From Lama glama (Eukaryota): 64,000 nucleotides of DNA. Each line of letters starts with the position of its first letter. Position 1 is the stretch's first letter. Location of the stretch: positions 33,544,001 through 33,608,000 of the forward strand of contig CM052818.1 in the NCBI GenBank assembly GCA_028534125.1. The letters run 5' to 3'. Of the stretch, positions 50,060 to 62,745 are shown piece by piece. The notes under the pieces were generated by a model. That model saw nothing but the letters and a program-made list of their open reading frames with translations, ran no database searches and was not told the origin of the DNA. The translations under genes and the position numbers were made by a program.

Positions 50060-50345
50060 TGGTTAACTATCTCCTACAAGAGAGACTTTCCCTGATCTAT
50101 CCTACCTAAGCGGGGGATAAAGGTGGAATCCACCTCTCCGCAACTTTATCCTGTATCTCAGCATCCTGCTTGTCTCTCTCATAGCACTTAGCACAATTTG
50201 TCATTTTTCCCTCTCTCCCTTCCAAAACAAACTATAAGTGCCAAGAGCACAGAGACTGAGTCTACCTTGTTTCCTGGCATATCCCAGTACCTGGGACAGT
50301 AACTAGCACCACAGTAACTCTCAATACATACTTGGAATGAATGTT
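50060..50345 (+). mobile_element. L2 3'-end fragment
   Basis: ctctcatagcactta..actataagtgccaagagcacagagac..cccagtacctgggacagtaactagcac..ctcaatacatacttggaatgaatg. Confidence 0.65.
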
Positions 50346-50419
50346 ATAGTGTCAAAGGGGCCACAAAACTGCCTTGAAAACATCTGAATTTATTGTAAAG
50401 TAACTTCTCTGAATCTTAC

Positions 50420-50526
50420 CAACTGGATCATAATGTAATAGAGTCAGTTTCTCCCGTAGTCGGCTCCTCTTAGTGTTGAAGGTGTAACCTGTCCCAGCTT
50501 GACTCAACATTTTCACCAGAATGGTC
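50420..50526 (-). CDS. MRPL33: MRPL33 exon 3 (107 nt): (K)[35 protein letters not shown]
   Basis: Acceptor ttag| at 50527/50526, donor TTG|GTAAGA at 50420/50419. bL33 motifs SxAGTG and KLxLxxYDP. Confidence 0.97.
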
Positions 50527-52256
50527 CTAAGATTTAAAAGTAAGCTGTTACACACTGAGGACATAGACTAAAATCAATCATAGGGGCATGGCTCATTTTC
50601 AGAACCCTCTATAGTAGTACTAGTTGTGGTACATACTTAAGCCTTAAGTCCAGCTCTAAGACAGCCTATGTTTTCCATAAATCACAATTTCAATGGTTCT
50701 GATTCCCAAGGTTTATTCCATTACACAGACTGCCTTGGTAATGACCCAACCAAAGCAACAAGAACAATAAAATCAACTTGTGAGAAAAAATGCAGACACC
50801 CGCCTCTCAAAAGGAGCTGAAGGCAGGAGCAGGGAAAACACAAAAGTACTAGTAACCCTAGCTGGCCAGTCAGGAAATTGTAAAGATGGCTATCTCAGAA
50901 GAGCCCTACCTTCCAGGGATGAGTGATAAGAGTAAAATCAGGAAGGGACAAAATAAAGGGATTGGGACTTTTACATTGCTAACATGAAAACCTTGTTCCC
51001 CTTCATATTTTGTTTAAGTTATAGTCATCCAAAGCATAAAGTTCATGCTTTACCTTACTGGACCTTTTACTACCTTGTACTGGTTATTATTTTTTCACAT
51101 GTCTTGCCTCCCTATGTAGACCATGCTGTTTTATTTCTCGTCTAATTCCCCGAAGAATCTGAAGCATCTAAGATATATCACCTATCTTTGCATCCCTTTC
51201 AATGTTCAGCACAGTGCCTCATACATAAGAGGGATACAATATCTGTTGATTAAGATAGACGATAATTAGGCATTCATTCAAAAGGATACAACAAATTATC
51301 TATTAAGTGCTTACTCTGTGGAAAGCACTGTGGGAAGTGCAAAGCCCTATAAGCTGCATGTGCACCTTCAGGGAACAGTAAGAGAATGGAAGGTGAGTCA
51401 TATACACAAGATCTATAAGGCAGGACATACATGACAAATGGCACAAGAAAGAGACAAAGAACATGAGAGGCACAGAGCATCTCTAAAAAAAACTGAAGGC
51501 ATGGGAGATTCCTATAGAACCTGGAAGTGGGAAATTCTAACGTAAATAACTGGACTCTGGGAGAAACTGTATGACTCAATAAAAGATACTGAGGGGAAAA
51601 ACACTAACATACATGTTTTTCATTAACTTTAATCCAAAAAAAAACTTGTTTTACGGATCTGTGACATGTCTTGTTGTAAGCAAAGGCTGCTTTACAATTT
51701 TTCTATTTTTAACACAGAAAATCTTCAGTTTCTGTCTACAAACTTTATTTTGAGATACCAGTTTGGCATTTATAGTCTCTTTGCTACAGCATGGAATCTT
51801 TAGCCTTTGCTATTTTTGAAATATTTTTACCATGATTGCAAAGGATTACAAAACTCAAAACAGGCTCTGTGGATTAATCAAACCCCAGTTTGTTCTGCTA
51901 GATTCCTGTATTGGGCTCCAGACAAATGGCTCTTGGTCCTCAATTTGAAGAAACAGAAATATAGTGGTAGTGCAAAGAGAGCATGGGAACTCTGATGGTT
52001 TGTGTAGGAACAAGAGAGCAAAAGCTCCTTTAAGCAAATTATTTGAATGCTCACTTAAGTAGGTCAGCTGGGCAAGAGGAAAAATATTTTTTGAAAGAGT
52101 TCATAGGGCCGAAATAATTCATCAAGTAAGTAATCCTCAAACCAACCTTTAGAAAATCAAGGCCAAATGCTTAGTTTTACATAAGGATGTATTGGCAGCA
52201 GCTGGCCTAATAAATCTAACATAAACAAGTTTAAAAAAAGAAAAACTTTTACTTAC

Positions 52257-52275
52257 TTTGACTTGCTCTTGGCAA
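52257..52275 (-). CDS. MRPL33: MRPL33 exon 2 (19-nt microexon TTGCCAAGAGCAAGTCAAA, FAKSKSK)
   Basis: tttcctttctacaaaacag| acceptor and AAA|GTAAGT donor. Needed for frame: 22+19+107+50=198 nt = 65 aa plus stop. Confidence 0.93.
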
Positions 52276-52699
52276 CTGTTTTGTAGAAAGGAAAGGTTGG
52301 AAGAGGAAAGAAAAAATATCAATATTATTACCTTTCTTATGCAAAGTTCATATAAATGTCAGTAATAATCAAAAATATTTAAGTACCAAAGTATGCCATG
52401 GTTATCACTCAAGTAACCATCCCCTAAGCTATTATAGGTCTCTTAAGATTTTATAGATTTTTAAAAGATCAGACCACCACAATTCTGGATGTAGTGATTT
52501 GCACAATCTCTTTCCAGTTGGGCTGGTTACCTTTTAAATCTTTCTAAAGTTAAGATCTGCTCCATTTATTCCTTTTCTAAGGTGCAAGTACTTGCACTGG
52601 ACCAAGTCTCTTGTTTCTGATAAGTTAACCTATGCAAGCTAGAACAATCATCGCATCAGATGGAGAAGGGAAAGTAAATCTACCCGGGAAGTCAGCCTG

Positions 52700-53340
52700 G
52701 TGCGTGGAAAAGCACCGTCTTGGGAGCCCGAGGGCTTCTTTCTCAGCCCAGCGGTAGGACCTACGGTCAATCACTGCGCCTCTCAAAGCCGTTTCCTCAC
52801 CTTTAGAGTTCTAACCGAGTGAACTAGAAATTCTGAGGTTTTCTCCAGTTAGGACGGCCAGTGATTCTGCTGACACACAGCTCAGAGGACGAGAGAAAGC
52901 ACCCCACTGGTGCTGGAGACTCTACAGTGCGAACGAACCGCAACCGGATCCAGAACCAGCACCGCAGAGCCCCAGAACCCACTCTCCCCGCAGAGAGCGC
53001 GCCGCGGGGCATGCTGGGCGCTGTAGTCCTGAAGGCCTGGAAAGCCGTAGCGAAGCTTCCCGGCCGGCGCGCGCACCCCGCACCGCAAAGTCCCGGGGCC
53101 CGCCTGTCACGGTTTCCCGCCCGCGCTGCAAGCCCTGCCGCCGCCTCCAGCTCCACTTACAGGTGACCGCGGACAAGAACATGGCGATGACACACCTCTG
53201 GACTCCGTAACAGGCCCAAAGCCCCCTCGACAGACAACTGCTTCCGGGGCACAGGCCTGTTCCGGAAGAGGACGTCTGGGAGTTGTCCGCAGCCACGCCC
53301 CCCGGAATAAACCTCAGTTCCGGACCGGAGCCCTCTTTTT
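52700..53340 (-). promoter_or_regulatory. MRPL33: CpG-island, TATA-less promoter of MRPL33 with ETS/GABP (CCGGAAG 53241-53247, 53260-53268), Sp/KLF (GCCACGCCCC 53292-53301), YY1-like (AACATGGCG over the ATG) and ZNF143-like motifs
   Basis: The clearest CpG-dense segment of the window, surrounding exon 1. Motifs read directly. GABP and YY1 sites are typical of nuclear-encoded mitochondrial genes. Confidence 0.85.
53161..53182 (-). CDS. MRPL33: MRPL33 exon 1 coding part (22 nt): MFLSAVT
   Basis: GCCATGT start context, donor CCT|GTAAGT at 53161/53160, inside a CpG island. Confidence 0.95.
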
Positions 53341-54129
53341 TCCTGGGTTTTTCACTCGCTAGGTCTCTTTATTTCGTGGTGTAGGAGGTTGGAGTGCCCT
53401 CCGCCTTTTAAAGAGTGACTTGGTTAGCCCTGACTCCTACTTCTGGGTTGGAGTTAGGTGCTTTCCATACTTGTTTCACTAAATTGTCGCAACCACCTAC
53501 AGTAAAGCCACAGTAATTCTGTATGTTATTCAGCTGTTCCAGGTTATCAGGCTCCCGCATTATTTCCTTAAACCGTTGCCTTCTTTTGCTTCCCTGGTCC
53601 CAACTTCACCTCCACCTGGTTAACATCTACTCTCAGTCCCTCCAGAATTAAGAACTCCGCTTGAATATCCCCATTCCTTAATTATATGTTGGATTTCTGG
53701 GAGGGCCCTGTGCATCTTGTTAACAATTGTTCAAAATACCTCGCACAGTGCCTGGCAGTAGGAGACGGATAACTGAGATTGGGAGCACTCACATAATTTG
53801 CTTAATGTCACAAAGCTAGCGAATGGCAGAGTCAGAATCTGAACCCAGATTTTGTATGACTGCAAAGACTCATGCTTTTCCCAGTACATACTGGGACCTA
53901 ACCACTTTGCTGTCTTCCAATCTTCATCTCTCTGCAAGGAACCTGGGCTCTTTCAACGCCAGGGACTTCATTGGAGACCTCATTTCCCAACTAATAATAG
54001 AGGCTTTTGGATTTTTTCCTAATGTGTGATTTTTATCTGTATATTAAATTTTACAAACGCGTGAAAGAAGATTAATTCTCACGGATTATCCTCACTAAAA
54101 CTAGTAAAATTATTTAAAAGAGAAAATGA

Positions 54130-54830
54130 AGCAGCTGTTATGGAAAACAGTATAGAGATTCCTCAAAAAAGTAATAATAGACTTACTGTATGATCCCGCA
54201 ATCCTACCCCTGGGCATATATCTGGAGGGAACTCTAATTAGAAAAGATACATGCACCCCAATGTTCATAGCAGCACTATATACAATAGCCAAGATATGGA
54301 AGCAAACTAAATGTCCATCAACAGATGACTGGATAAAGAAGTTGTGGTATATTTATACAATGGAATACTACTCAGCCTTAGAAAAGAATAAAATAATGCC
54401 ATTTGCAGCAACATGGATGGACCTGGAGATCATCATTCTAAGTGAAGTAAGCCAGAAAGAGAAATAAAAATACCATATGATATCACTCATACATGGAACC
54501 TAAGGAAAAAAAAGATAAAAGAGGACACTAATGATCTCATCTACAAAGCAGAAACAGACATAGTAAACAATTTTATGGTTACCAAGGGAAAGGGGGTGGG
54601 AAGGGATAAATTTAGGAGTTTAAGATTTGCAAAGGTTAACCACTATATATAAAAATAGATAAAAAAAATTTCTTCTGTATAGCACAGGGAACTATATTCA
54701 ATATCTTGTAATAACCTTTAATCAAAAAGAATATGGAAATGAATATATGTATTTATATGCATGACTGGGACATTATGCTGTATACCAGAAATTGACAAAT
54801 TGCAACTGACTATACTTCAATTAAAAAAAA
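54130..54830 (+). mobile_element. Relatively young 5'-truncated L1 (ORF2 C-terminus plus 3' UTR plus A tail)
   Basis: ORF 54261-54467 MFIAALYTIAKIWKQTKCPSTDDWIKKLWYIYTMEYYSA...MPFAATWMDLE is the L1 ORF2p C-terminal region. Ends cttcaattaaaaaaaa. Confidence 0.92.
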
Positions 54831-55149
54831 TTCCTTCCTCACCTTGTGCCATTCAGCTGCTGGCAAACAAGAGCTTCTCGTGTTCAAGAGGGTAAGGTTT
54901 CTTATCTAAGAAATTCTTTTAGAGGATTTATTTTAAAAGAACACAGGACCAGAAGCTAAGGAACATGAATTCTAATCTTTGTTCTGTCCCTTGGAAAGTC
55001 ATTTCAACTCTTCAGACCTCAGTTTCATACTCAGTGGGGGCATTGGATCAGTGGTTCTCATTCCTGAGGGTGTATCAGTCACCTGTGCTCCTTTTTAAGA
55101 CCCAGATGCCAGGGGTGAGCCTCAGAATCTGTGCAGTATCCCTCCCAAT

Positions 55150-55580
55150 TTTCTATAAAGAAGCATTTCAAATATATCAAAAAGTTGAAAGGACAGTATT
55201 ATGAACAAACCATATACCCAATTCAACAAATGTTAAGATTTTGCTATGTATGTTGATGTATATTGAATTTTTTTAAATATGTGTGAATACATAAATATAT
55301 ATGTATGTGTATACATGTATTATTTATATATATATATGTATATAAAATTAGGATTTTTGGCTAAGCTGTGTAAAAGCAAATTATAGACATCACAACCTTT
55401 CACTCCTAAATATTTAAGTATGTATGTCTGAAGAATAAGATCATTATAACTACAATACTATTTTTATTCCTTAAAAAATTAATAGTCTCCTAATACCTAA
55501 GCCATAGTCAAATTGTCTTTTATAGCTGGTTTCTTCAAAAACAGTATTCAGCCAAGGTTCATACATTACCTTTAGTTGTT
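55150..55580 (-). mobile_element. Old L1 (L1MC-like) 3' UTR fragment with a TA-rich tract
   Basis: atttcaaatatatcaaaaagttgaaa..aaattatagacatcac..cactcctaaatatttaag. Confidence 0.6.
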
Positions 55581-56389
55581 ACTAATTAACTAAATGTTGT
55601 TTTCTCTTAATCAATATTCAGAGTAAGAAATTAGCATCAGAGTCACTTCCAATGGTGACAAAGAGGTTTTCCCCCTTTCTGTAATTTTCTTCGACTTTTT
55701 AGCATCACTATAATGGTTTTTTATTCATTGTTTTACAATTAAACATGGTTATTATTCTTTTTGATGTTCGAATTTTCCCAGAGTACATCATTAGGAGTCC
55801 CTTCAAGCTGGTCCAGTGTTCTTTTGACATACCTCCTTCCTTGCTGTCAACAGCTGTCTCAGGTTAACCTTGTGCTTTCCCTGGCCGAGACCTGGAATCA
55901 GCCATTTGTCCAAAGTACTGTGGTTCCCTTTTGTAGAGTGATATGTAGAAGCCATGGTCTAAGCCACAGCACTGGACTAGATTTTAGTGGATTTCAAGCT
56001 TTATTTTAAACCATGGAATCTTCGTTCAGATGAAATCTATCTCAGGAGCTCACAGTGTAAAGTAAAGCTTCATCTCTCAAGAGATATCCTTAGAATCTCG
56101 GACTCCACGGGTCACAGAAGCTCTGGACTACGGGATGGACACATTCTCTTCCAGCTCATTGCTCTGGATTCCAGTTTGAGGGCTCAAACCCCACCCGCAG
56201 GGCCTTGCAGCCTTTTGTCTTCCCACACTATCTGACCATGGAGAGACCTGGTCTAGGCAGAAGAGAGCCCTGTAGGCACCTTAGCAGCAGCAGGACAGCC
56301 TGGAGCAGAAGCCCATTCGTGACCTGTGCTGCCTCAGAGACAGGAAACAGCGCTTCAGAAACAATTCAGGACCACAGTTACAGAGTATC

Positions 56390-56560
56390 TGCCATAGACT
56401 GAATATTTGTGTCACCCCCAAAATTTATATGTTGAAACCCCAATGTGATGGTGTTTGGAAGTGGGGTCTTTGGGAGGTCATGAGGGCAGAGCCCTCATGA
56501 ATGGGATTAGTGTGCATGAAAAAACAAAAACAAAAACCCAGAGAGCTCCCTTACCCCTTC
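56390..56560 (+). mobile_element. MLT1A-like LTR, 5' part
   Basis: tgccatagactgaatatttgtgtcacccccaaaatttatatgttgaaa..ggtcatgagggcagagccctcatgaatgggattagtg. Confidence 0.8.
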
Positions 56561-57520
56561 ACTGGGGCCTGCTCTTCCCAGAAGAGTATCAGTTCCTTTC
56601 CGGGTGAAGTCTCTCCTACCCTCCACTCCCCACCCCACATCTCCTTTCCCCAGATTCCTCTCAGAGCACCTATCAGGCTGCCTGCACTCCTTGGTTCACT
56701 GGCTGCCTCCCCACTGGCATCCAAGTCCCTTGAAGGCCACAGCTTCTTATTCTTTATGTATTATTCCCCTACCTCCCCTACCCCCAACCCCAAGCAGGCG
56801 CTCCTAACACAAGGCAGTTACCCCACTCACTTTGACTAACATGAGCTGAGAACCTTTTGTGCCAGGGAACACTACCTCCAGCCTCTCTCTGTCTCTTCAA
56901 TCCTACCTCCCCTCCCAGACCCACTTGAGACAGGTAGAGTGGGAGGAACCAGGAGAAGAACAGAAGCAAAGGCACAGAGATGCCTAAAAAATGAGCAGTG
57001 AGCATTATCCTTCTGGAGCTTGAGTGTGTGAAGAAATGAGTGTGGTGACCAGAAGGATGGCTGGGGCTAGGTAACCAGGAAGGAGGGAACCAGGATGTTA
57101 TAGTTGGGGGCGAGGCCTTGGTTCTGTGGGCAGTGGGGGAGTTAAGTGGTGTGATCAGATCTCTCTTGTGGTAGCATCTGAAATCACACCATTTTCCTGA
57201 CTAATTGGGAGAGGCAAGGACTCTCCCACCCCACCAAACACAACATTTCCAAGTCCCCTTCACTTGTGAAGCAACAAGAGGCACTTTCTCTGCTCTACAT
57301 GTTAATGCCTGTCTATTTAGTTAACGCACATATTTCGTGTTTCCTTAATAGTTGGTAAGTTCTTCCTGCTTATTATCTTAGATCAGTCTTTCTTGAGGGA
57401 GAGAAAGGGAAGGAGAAAGTTGTCATAAAAACTTTTATGAGAATCTGCTAAAACCTATAACTGAGTTTTTCCAAGAAATGCACATATGCCCATCCAGAAA
57501 CAATTTTACCAGGACTTTCC

Positions 57521-57715
57521 AGTGGTTCTCAATCTAGGCTGCACATCGGAATCACCTGCAAAGCTTCATAAACTACTAATGCCTGCCTCCCACCCCCAGA
57601 ATTTTTGATGTACTTGATCTGATTGCAGTCTAGACATCAAGGCTTTTTTTTTCTTTTAATTCCCTCGTTTACACTAAAATCTCTAGTGTACACTCAAGAT
57701 TTTAAAGTATTGGGC
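57521..57715. mobile_element. MER5-family MITE
   Basis: cagtggttctcaatctaggctgcacatcggaatcacctg. Confidence 0.7.
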
Positions 57716-58519
57716 TAGGGATTTGTGGACTCTGAGTTAAGGTCCCTATCATAGACCATAAGTTCCAGGTGTATCCACTTCACTTTGATGGTGAGCAGCA
57801 CCTACCTGTGTAGGCGGGGAGGGGAGAACATAGCCAATTCAAAAGAATGAGGAAGTCTTGAAACTGTAAGCGAAGACAAGAGATGCTCACATACATTGCA
57901 GAGGCTGCAGAACACTTAGCAAAAGAGGCACTGAAACAGAAGACAAAGAGCAGGAAGCGTACTTGCCTTTCTGAAAGATGGATGGAAGTCCAGCAGACAT
58001 CCCTCCCACCCACACACTTCACCTGCCCAGAGAAGAGCTGCAAACATTATCAAAGGGCTGACAGAATCAGTCTTGGGGGAAAGTCAGTCAATTAAACCTG
58101 TGGTTTGGTTGGTGTATGACATAGTGGGGAGAGGGTGGCATCTGTGGGTGCTGAAGTAAAGCAGCTGTGAGGGTGTGGAGGTTTGGAGGTAATGGGCTGC
58201 AACTCTCAGCTGGAGGAGAGGAAGATTTGGGGTGTGGCCAAGGCAAGGTCATCGTGAGGAAAGGGGGCAGGGAAAGGCTGGGCTGCATCCCAGTAGCAGG
58301 AGAGGCAGCTTCAGTGGAAGAACCTGGAGTAAGGCTCCAGCAGGTCCTAGCCATGAGACCCTGCGCAAGGACTTGGCCTATTTCTTACCTGGGACTTGTG
58401 GGACAGTAACTCCAGAGGAGCCCACAATCTCGGATTTTATCATCAGATCACCTCTGAGGCTTTTTCCACCACAAAGTCCCCTGAGCCTAGGAAAGTGCCC
58501 TCTGAAAATGCTCCTTGAG

Positions 58520-58903
58520 GTTTTCAAACCTAGTATCCATCAGAATCACCTGGGGTGCTCCCCGCCAAATTATATGACTCGGTTGGGGGTGGGGGCCCAC
58601 GGGGAGTCTCTAATTCTCACCTGGTGCTTCTTATGGTGCACATGCTTTGGGAATCACTGTTCTAGATCACTGTTTCTCAACTCCTGGGTTTCTACCAAAT
58701 TCACCGATGGTGCTGACGCTGCTGGCTGTACATCCTTGCCACTCAAAGTGTAATCCAGGCAACATCCCTAGCAGCAGCAGCAGCATCGTTTAGGAGCTTG
58801 TTAGGAATTCAGAATCTCAGACCCCACCCGAGACTCACTGAATCAAGATCTGCAGCCCCAGGTGATTTGTGTGCACACTGAAGTTTGAGAAAGATTGTTC
58901 TAG
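58520..58903. mobile_element. Cluster of MER5-family MITE pieces
   Basis: catcagaatcacctgggg.., gaatcactgttctagatcactgtttctcaa, cagcagcatc..ggagcttgttagg..cagaatctcag..gtttgagaa..gttctaga. Confidence 0.7.
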
Positions 58904-61900
58904 AAGAAGCGACTTACTGATTAGGGAACCAACGTTGAAACCTGGGAATGTGAGGACAAGACTCAGTCTCTTTAGACAGAGTCGAAGTTAGAGCAGGGCA
59001 AGGATTTTCATCTGTTTTAGTTACTACCATATTTGTGGGCCTGGCTCAAAAGAAATATTTGTCAAGTGAAGAGTCCAGTTTCTGGGGTCAGGAACCACCA
59101 GGACTTGATGCCTACTACTAGGGTCAAGGTCTTTCTAGCCCTCCGCCCAGGACAAGATCAGTTCTGATGCTGGCACAGAGAAGAGCTCATGGCCTCGTGA
59201 GGCAGGAATGTACTACGTTGTCTCGTCTCTGACGAATAAAAGGCTACATGGAAATGCAGCCAAGAAAACACACTGGCCTTCCCCAGTAGGTCTGCCACAA
59301 GAACCTGGGGCTTAGCCAGCCACTGGGGTATGGGCGGCCAGAGGAGCCTCAGCTCCAGAAATAACAGCTCACCTGTTCTGGAGGATTCCACGAAGCTGCC
59401 TCAAATAATTTTATAACCTGTAGAATTTAATACAGTCAGCATCAATTCTAGTACTCCCCTCTTCCATTTAAAACAGTTGTCAGTAAGAACTATCCCAGGG
59501 TCAAAGGCAACCAGTATGGCTCTTGTGGGTTAAGTACAAATTCCATGTGATATACGCAGGCTGGGGAAATATTAAGTCCTACAATGGACAAGTCGTGTTT
59601 GTTATTAACTAGCCTTAGAGGAACAGATCAATAATTCATATTTGAAATGATTTTTATTCCTTGTCTTCTGGGGTGCCAGTCTAGAAGAGAAAACATTTCT
59701 CTTTGTTTTTCCTACATATAGCATTATCCAAACTTTCTGGATAACTCTGACAACAGAAGTTAGGATTTCAGCCCAAATAAATCCATTCTCATCCTGCCCT
59801 AGGAACAAACTGGCCTGCAGATTTCTCACAGATTCTTTAAAACTCCAGATCCTTTTTCCTAATGATTATTTTAAATATAATGTGTGAACATGACAGAATA
59901 CTTTCTAAAGCAGTGTCATTTTATTGTCAGGCAATTTCATTTGCTTGATTCCCACAAGTCAACTGAGTAAATAGTAATTATGCATTACCAAGGGCTCATC
60001 CATGTGTGCCCCAGCTGGGGTCCACCTTTAAGGTAAAATGAAATGACCAAGTGAGTGGTCATACCAGTCATGGCAGTTTCCGTGAATAACTATTTTCAAA
60101 GAAACAATCATTTTCCATCATGGCTTCTTCCCCTCAACATTATCCTCAACCTGATTTCTAACTGCCCCAGAGAAGCTGGTCCCACAGACGGACAATCCTG
60201 TGAATGTCTCTGCAATGTCTCCAGGAAAGAAGGTTCTTGCCCAGCATGCAGTCCCCCAAGTTGCCAAGTGCACAGGAGGAGGGAAATGAAATCAGACATT
60301 GTACTCAATGGCTGCCCGACAAGTGATTTAAACTCCTGTACTCCACTGTCCTGCTATAAACTGGTGTGAGTGTATCATTTCACCTCTCTTGGCTTGGGAA
60401 AAGAATGGCTAATTAACTTTCTCGGTTGCTTTGGAATAGCATTCAATGGCGAGTTGCCACAGTCATGCAAATTCCCAGTCTTTTAGAGCCATTTTTGAAT
60501 GGGTCTATGTTTCTTTTTGTTGACTGAGAGAGAGAGATGGCAAGTTGTCATGTCCACAATGATGACCTAACTTGAGCTCCTGTGGTTTGGGATCCTGCCT
60601 GCCTGTGTTTCACCCTGTTTTGCCTCCAACGCAGAAGCCTACGTCTCTAGCCAGGAGATTGTGGTTAGTTTCCTGGCCTCTGACCGAGGTGGAGACACAC
60701 CTGCACCCCTGAGGGAGGGAGAGCCTGTGGAGGGTCTGTGAGGCCAGGGCTGAGTCATTCAGCCGGGAGACATGTCAAATGGCATTAGAACATCAGTTTG
60801 GCATTTAAGGAGCAAGGGCCCACACAAAAATTCTTCTATATGTTAACAATCTAGTCCATCTTCAAACTAAACCAAGGAAAGAGACTGAAGTTTGGTATCA
60901 GCATTGAAGTTTTCCCTTCATGTGAAATCACCCCCAAAGAAACCTCAACTTTACCCACAAATCCAAGGACCACCACCTGATAATATTCATCCCACAAGCC
61001 CCTCTCTACCCTCCCTACACTTCATAGTACTGTTCCAAGACCATGCAAATTCAGAAACCCCCACTGCAAGTCATCATCTTGGATTTTTCTACCCAAATCA
61101 CTTTCCTCTCTTAGAAAATTATTTGAAATATATCTTGAATAAAGCCTGAGCCTTCTTCCTCCCTTATGAAGTTCCATCTTCATGTGGTGTCCTATTCAAA
61201 AGAAACATAAGTTGAACTCCTAATGTCTTAAAAATCATGTGAATCTTTGAGCAGTTTCTTGATGAAGAGGCCATTTTTCTCACTAGGAGTCCCACTTAAA
61301 AGCCTACCCAGGCCATTCTTTCTCCAGAGAGTAGCTTCCTGCTTTTTCTTATGTAGATTAATTTAGCCTGTTTGATTTCTACCATCCTTCCATCCTAAGC
61401 CATCACCAATCCAGCCATAAGAAATGGGGGGCCAGGCAGCTCGGAATCCTCCCATAGAAAACTGGAAGGGAAGATAGGCTATAATAACTTGTGCCACAAA
61501 AGTCTTCATTCCAGAAGGGAGAACAGGGACAGGGAAGGAGAAGGATGCCTGCAGCACTGTTAGCATCCGAGAGACTTTCTGCATCCTCAAGACGGTAGCC
61601 TCCTGAACAGGCTGGGTTCAGCACGGCTGCCCTGATGCTCACCAGCAGGCGGGAGGCAGGCAGCGAGAACTTGGGACCCTCCATAAGGTCCTGGGACAAC
61701 TTTACCCAAACAGGGGTAATCACAACCATCTGCATATGTTTGTCTCTCTGTGAAGCAAGAGCTTTAAGGATTCAAATGGTTTTGATGTGATATGATGTAC
61801 GGCCAAAAGAGAAAAGTCAGGATCCACATTAAAATTTGATTTTCATTCCAGTAAGCCATTCCAAATGAAGAAGGCAAAGCCTTTCAAAAGATGTCTTCTA

Positions 61901-62529
61901 TGGTTTGGAATAATTGGGTCCAGTTTAATCTGGTGCACGACAAAGTTAAAGAGCTACGGGACAGCTCCAAGTGTGTTTTGCAGTTTCCAGAGTTACTAAT
62001 TATCTCCATGACATAAAGGTTAATGAGATAAAACATATATAAATCAAGCCGATGGCTGATTCAAGAAGAAAGACCACCAGCTCCTGCTCCACCATGAAAA
62101 CACTATAATTTCACTCTTCCAGGCTGTCCTTTTGATTAAATTTGATTATGTATGAATATATACAAATGGATAATTATAAAATTCATACTTACATTATAAC
62201 TACCTTGCCCAAAGTCGCTTTCTAAATTTATTCAATACCAATAAGAAAATAAGTCAGTTGTTCACTATTAAAATGAACTGATTTGATGATGAAAGGTTTG
62301 GGAGTGACCCTTCTCAAAGAGCAAAAGGCTATATGTTATACTCAAAAAATATGTTCCTTAAAATTTGGACATAAAATGAACTCCAGAAAATAAAATTATG
62401 GATTTTATTGACTGAAGGTACAGAGCAATTAGGGGTTTAGAGAACATTCTGATGGATCTTTTGTAACTTAAAGGATTCTATCCAACTTAAATTCTCTATT
62501 TGTATATGTGGGGTTTTCAGATGTTTATG

Positions 62530-62745
62530 AGCCTAGGCTCCAGAGTCAGAGGACCCAGGTTAATATACCTTGGTTCTACCACTTGCTAGCCCTTGTGTCC
62601 TTGGGCAAGTTACTTAAACTTCTGTGCCTCAGTTTCTGCATCTGTAAAATGGGGATGATAACAGACTATGTCATAGGGTTTTCATGAGAATAAAGTGTGA
62701 TAATTCATATAAATCACTTAGCACAGGGCCTGGCACATAGTAACT
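62530..62745 (+). mobile_element. MIR
   Basis: ccttgggcaagttacttaaacttctgtgcctcagtttctgcatctgtaaaatggggatgataa..cttagcacagggcctggcacatagtaa. Confidence 0.85.

Noticed and set aside
52824..53296. Overlapping 68-124 aa ORFs on both strands
   Set aside because: Stop-poor GC-rich CpG island. Only the 22-nt MFLSAVT segment is supported as coding.
54261..54467. 68-aa ORF with real protein similarity
   Set aside because: C-terminal fragment of L1 ORF2p in a 5'-truncated element, not a host gene.
58232..58753. 173-aa ORF upstream of MRPL33
   Set aside because: Non-ATG start, runs through MER5 fragments, no recognisable homology.
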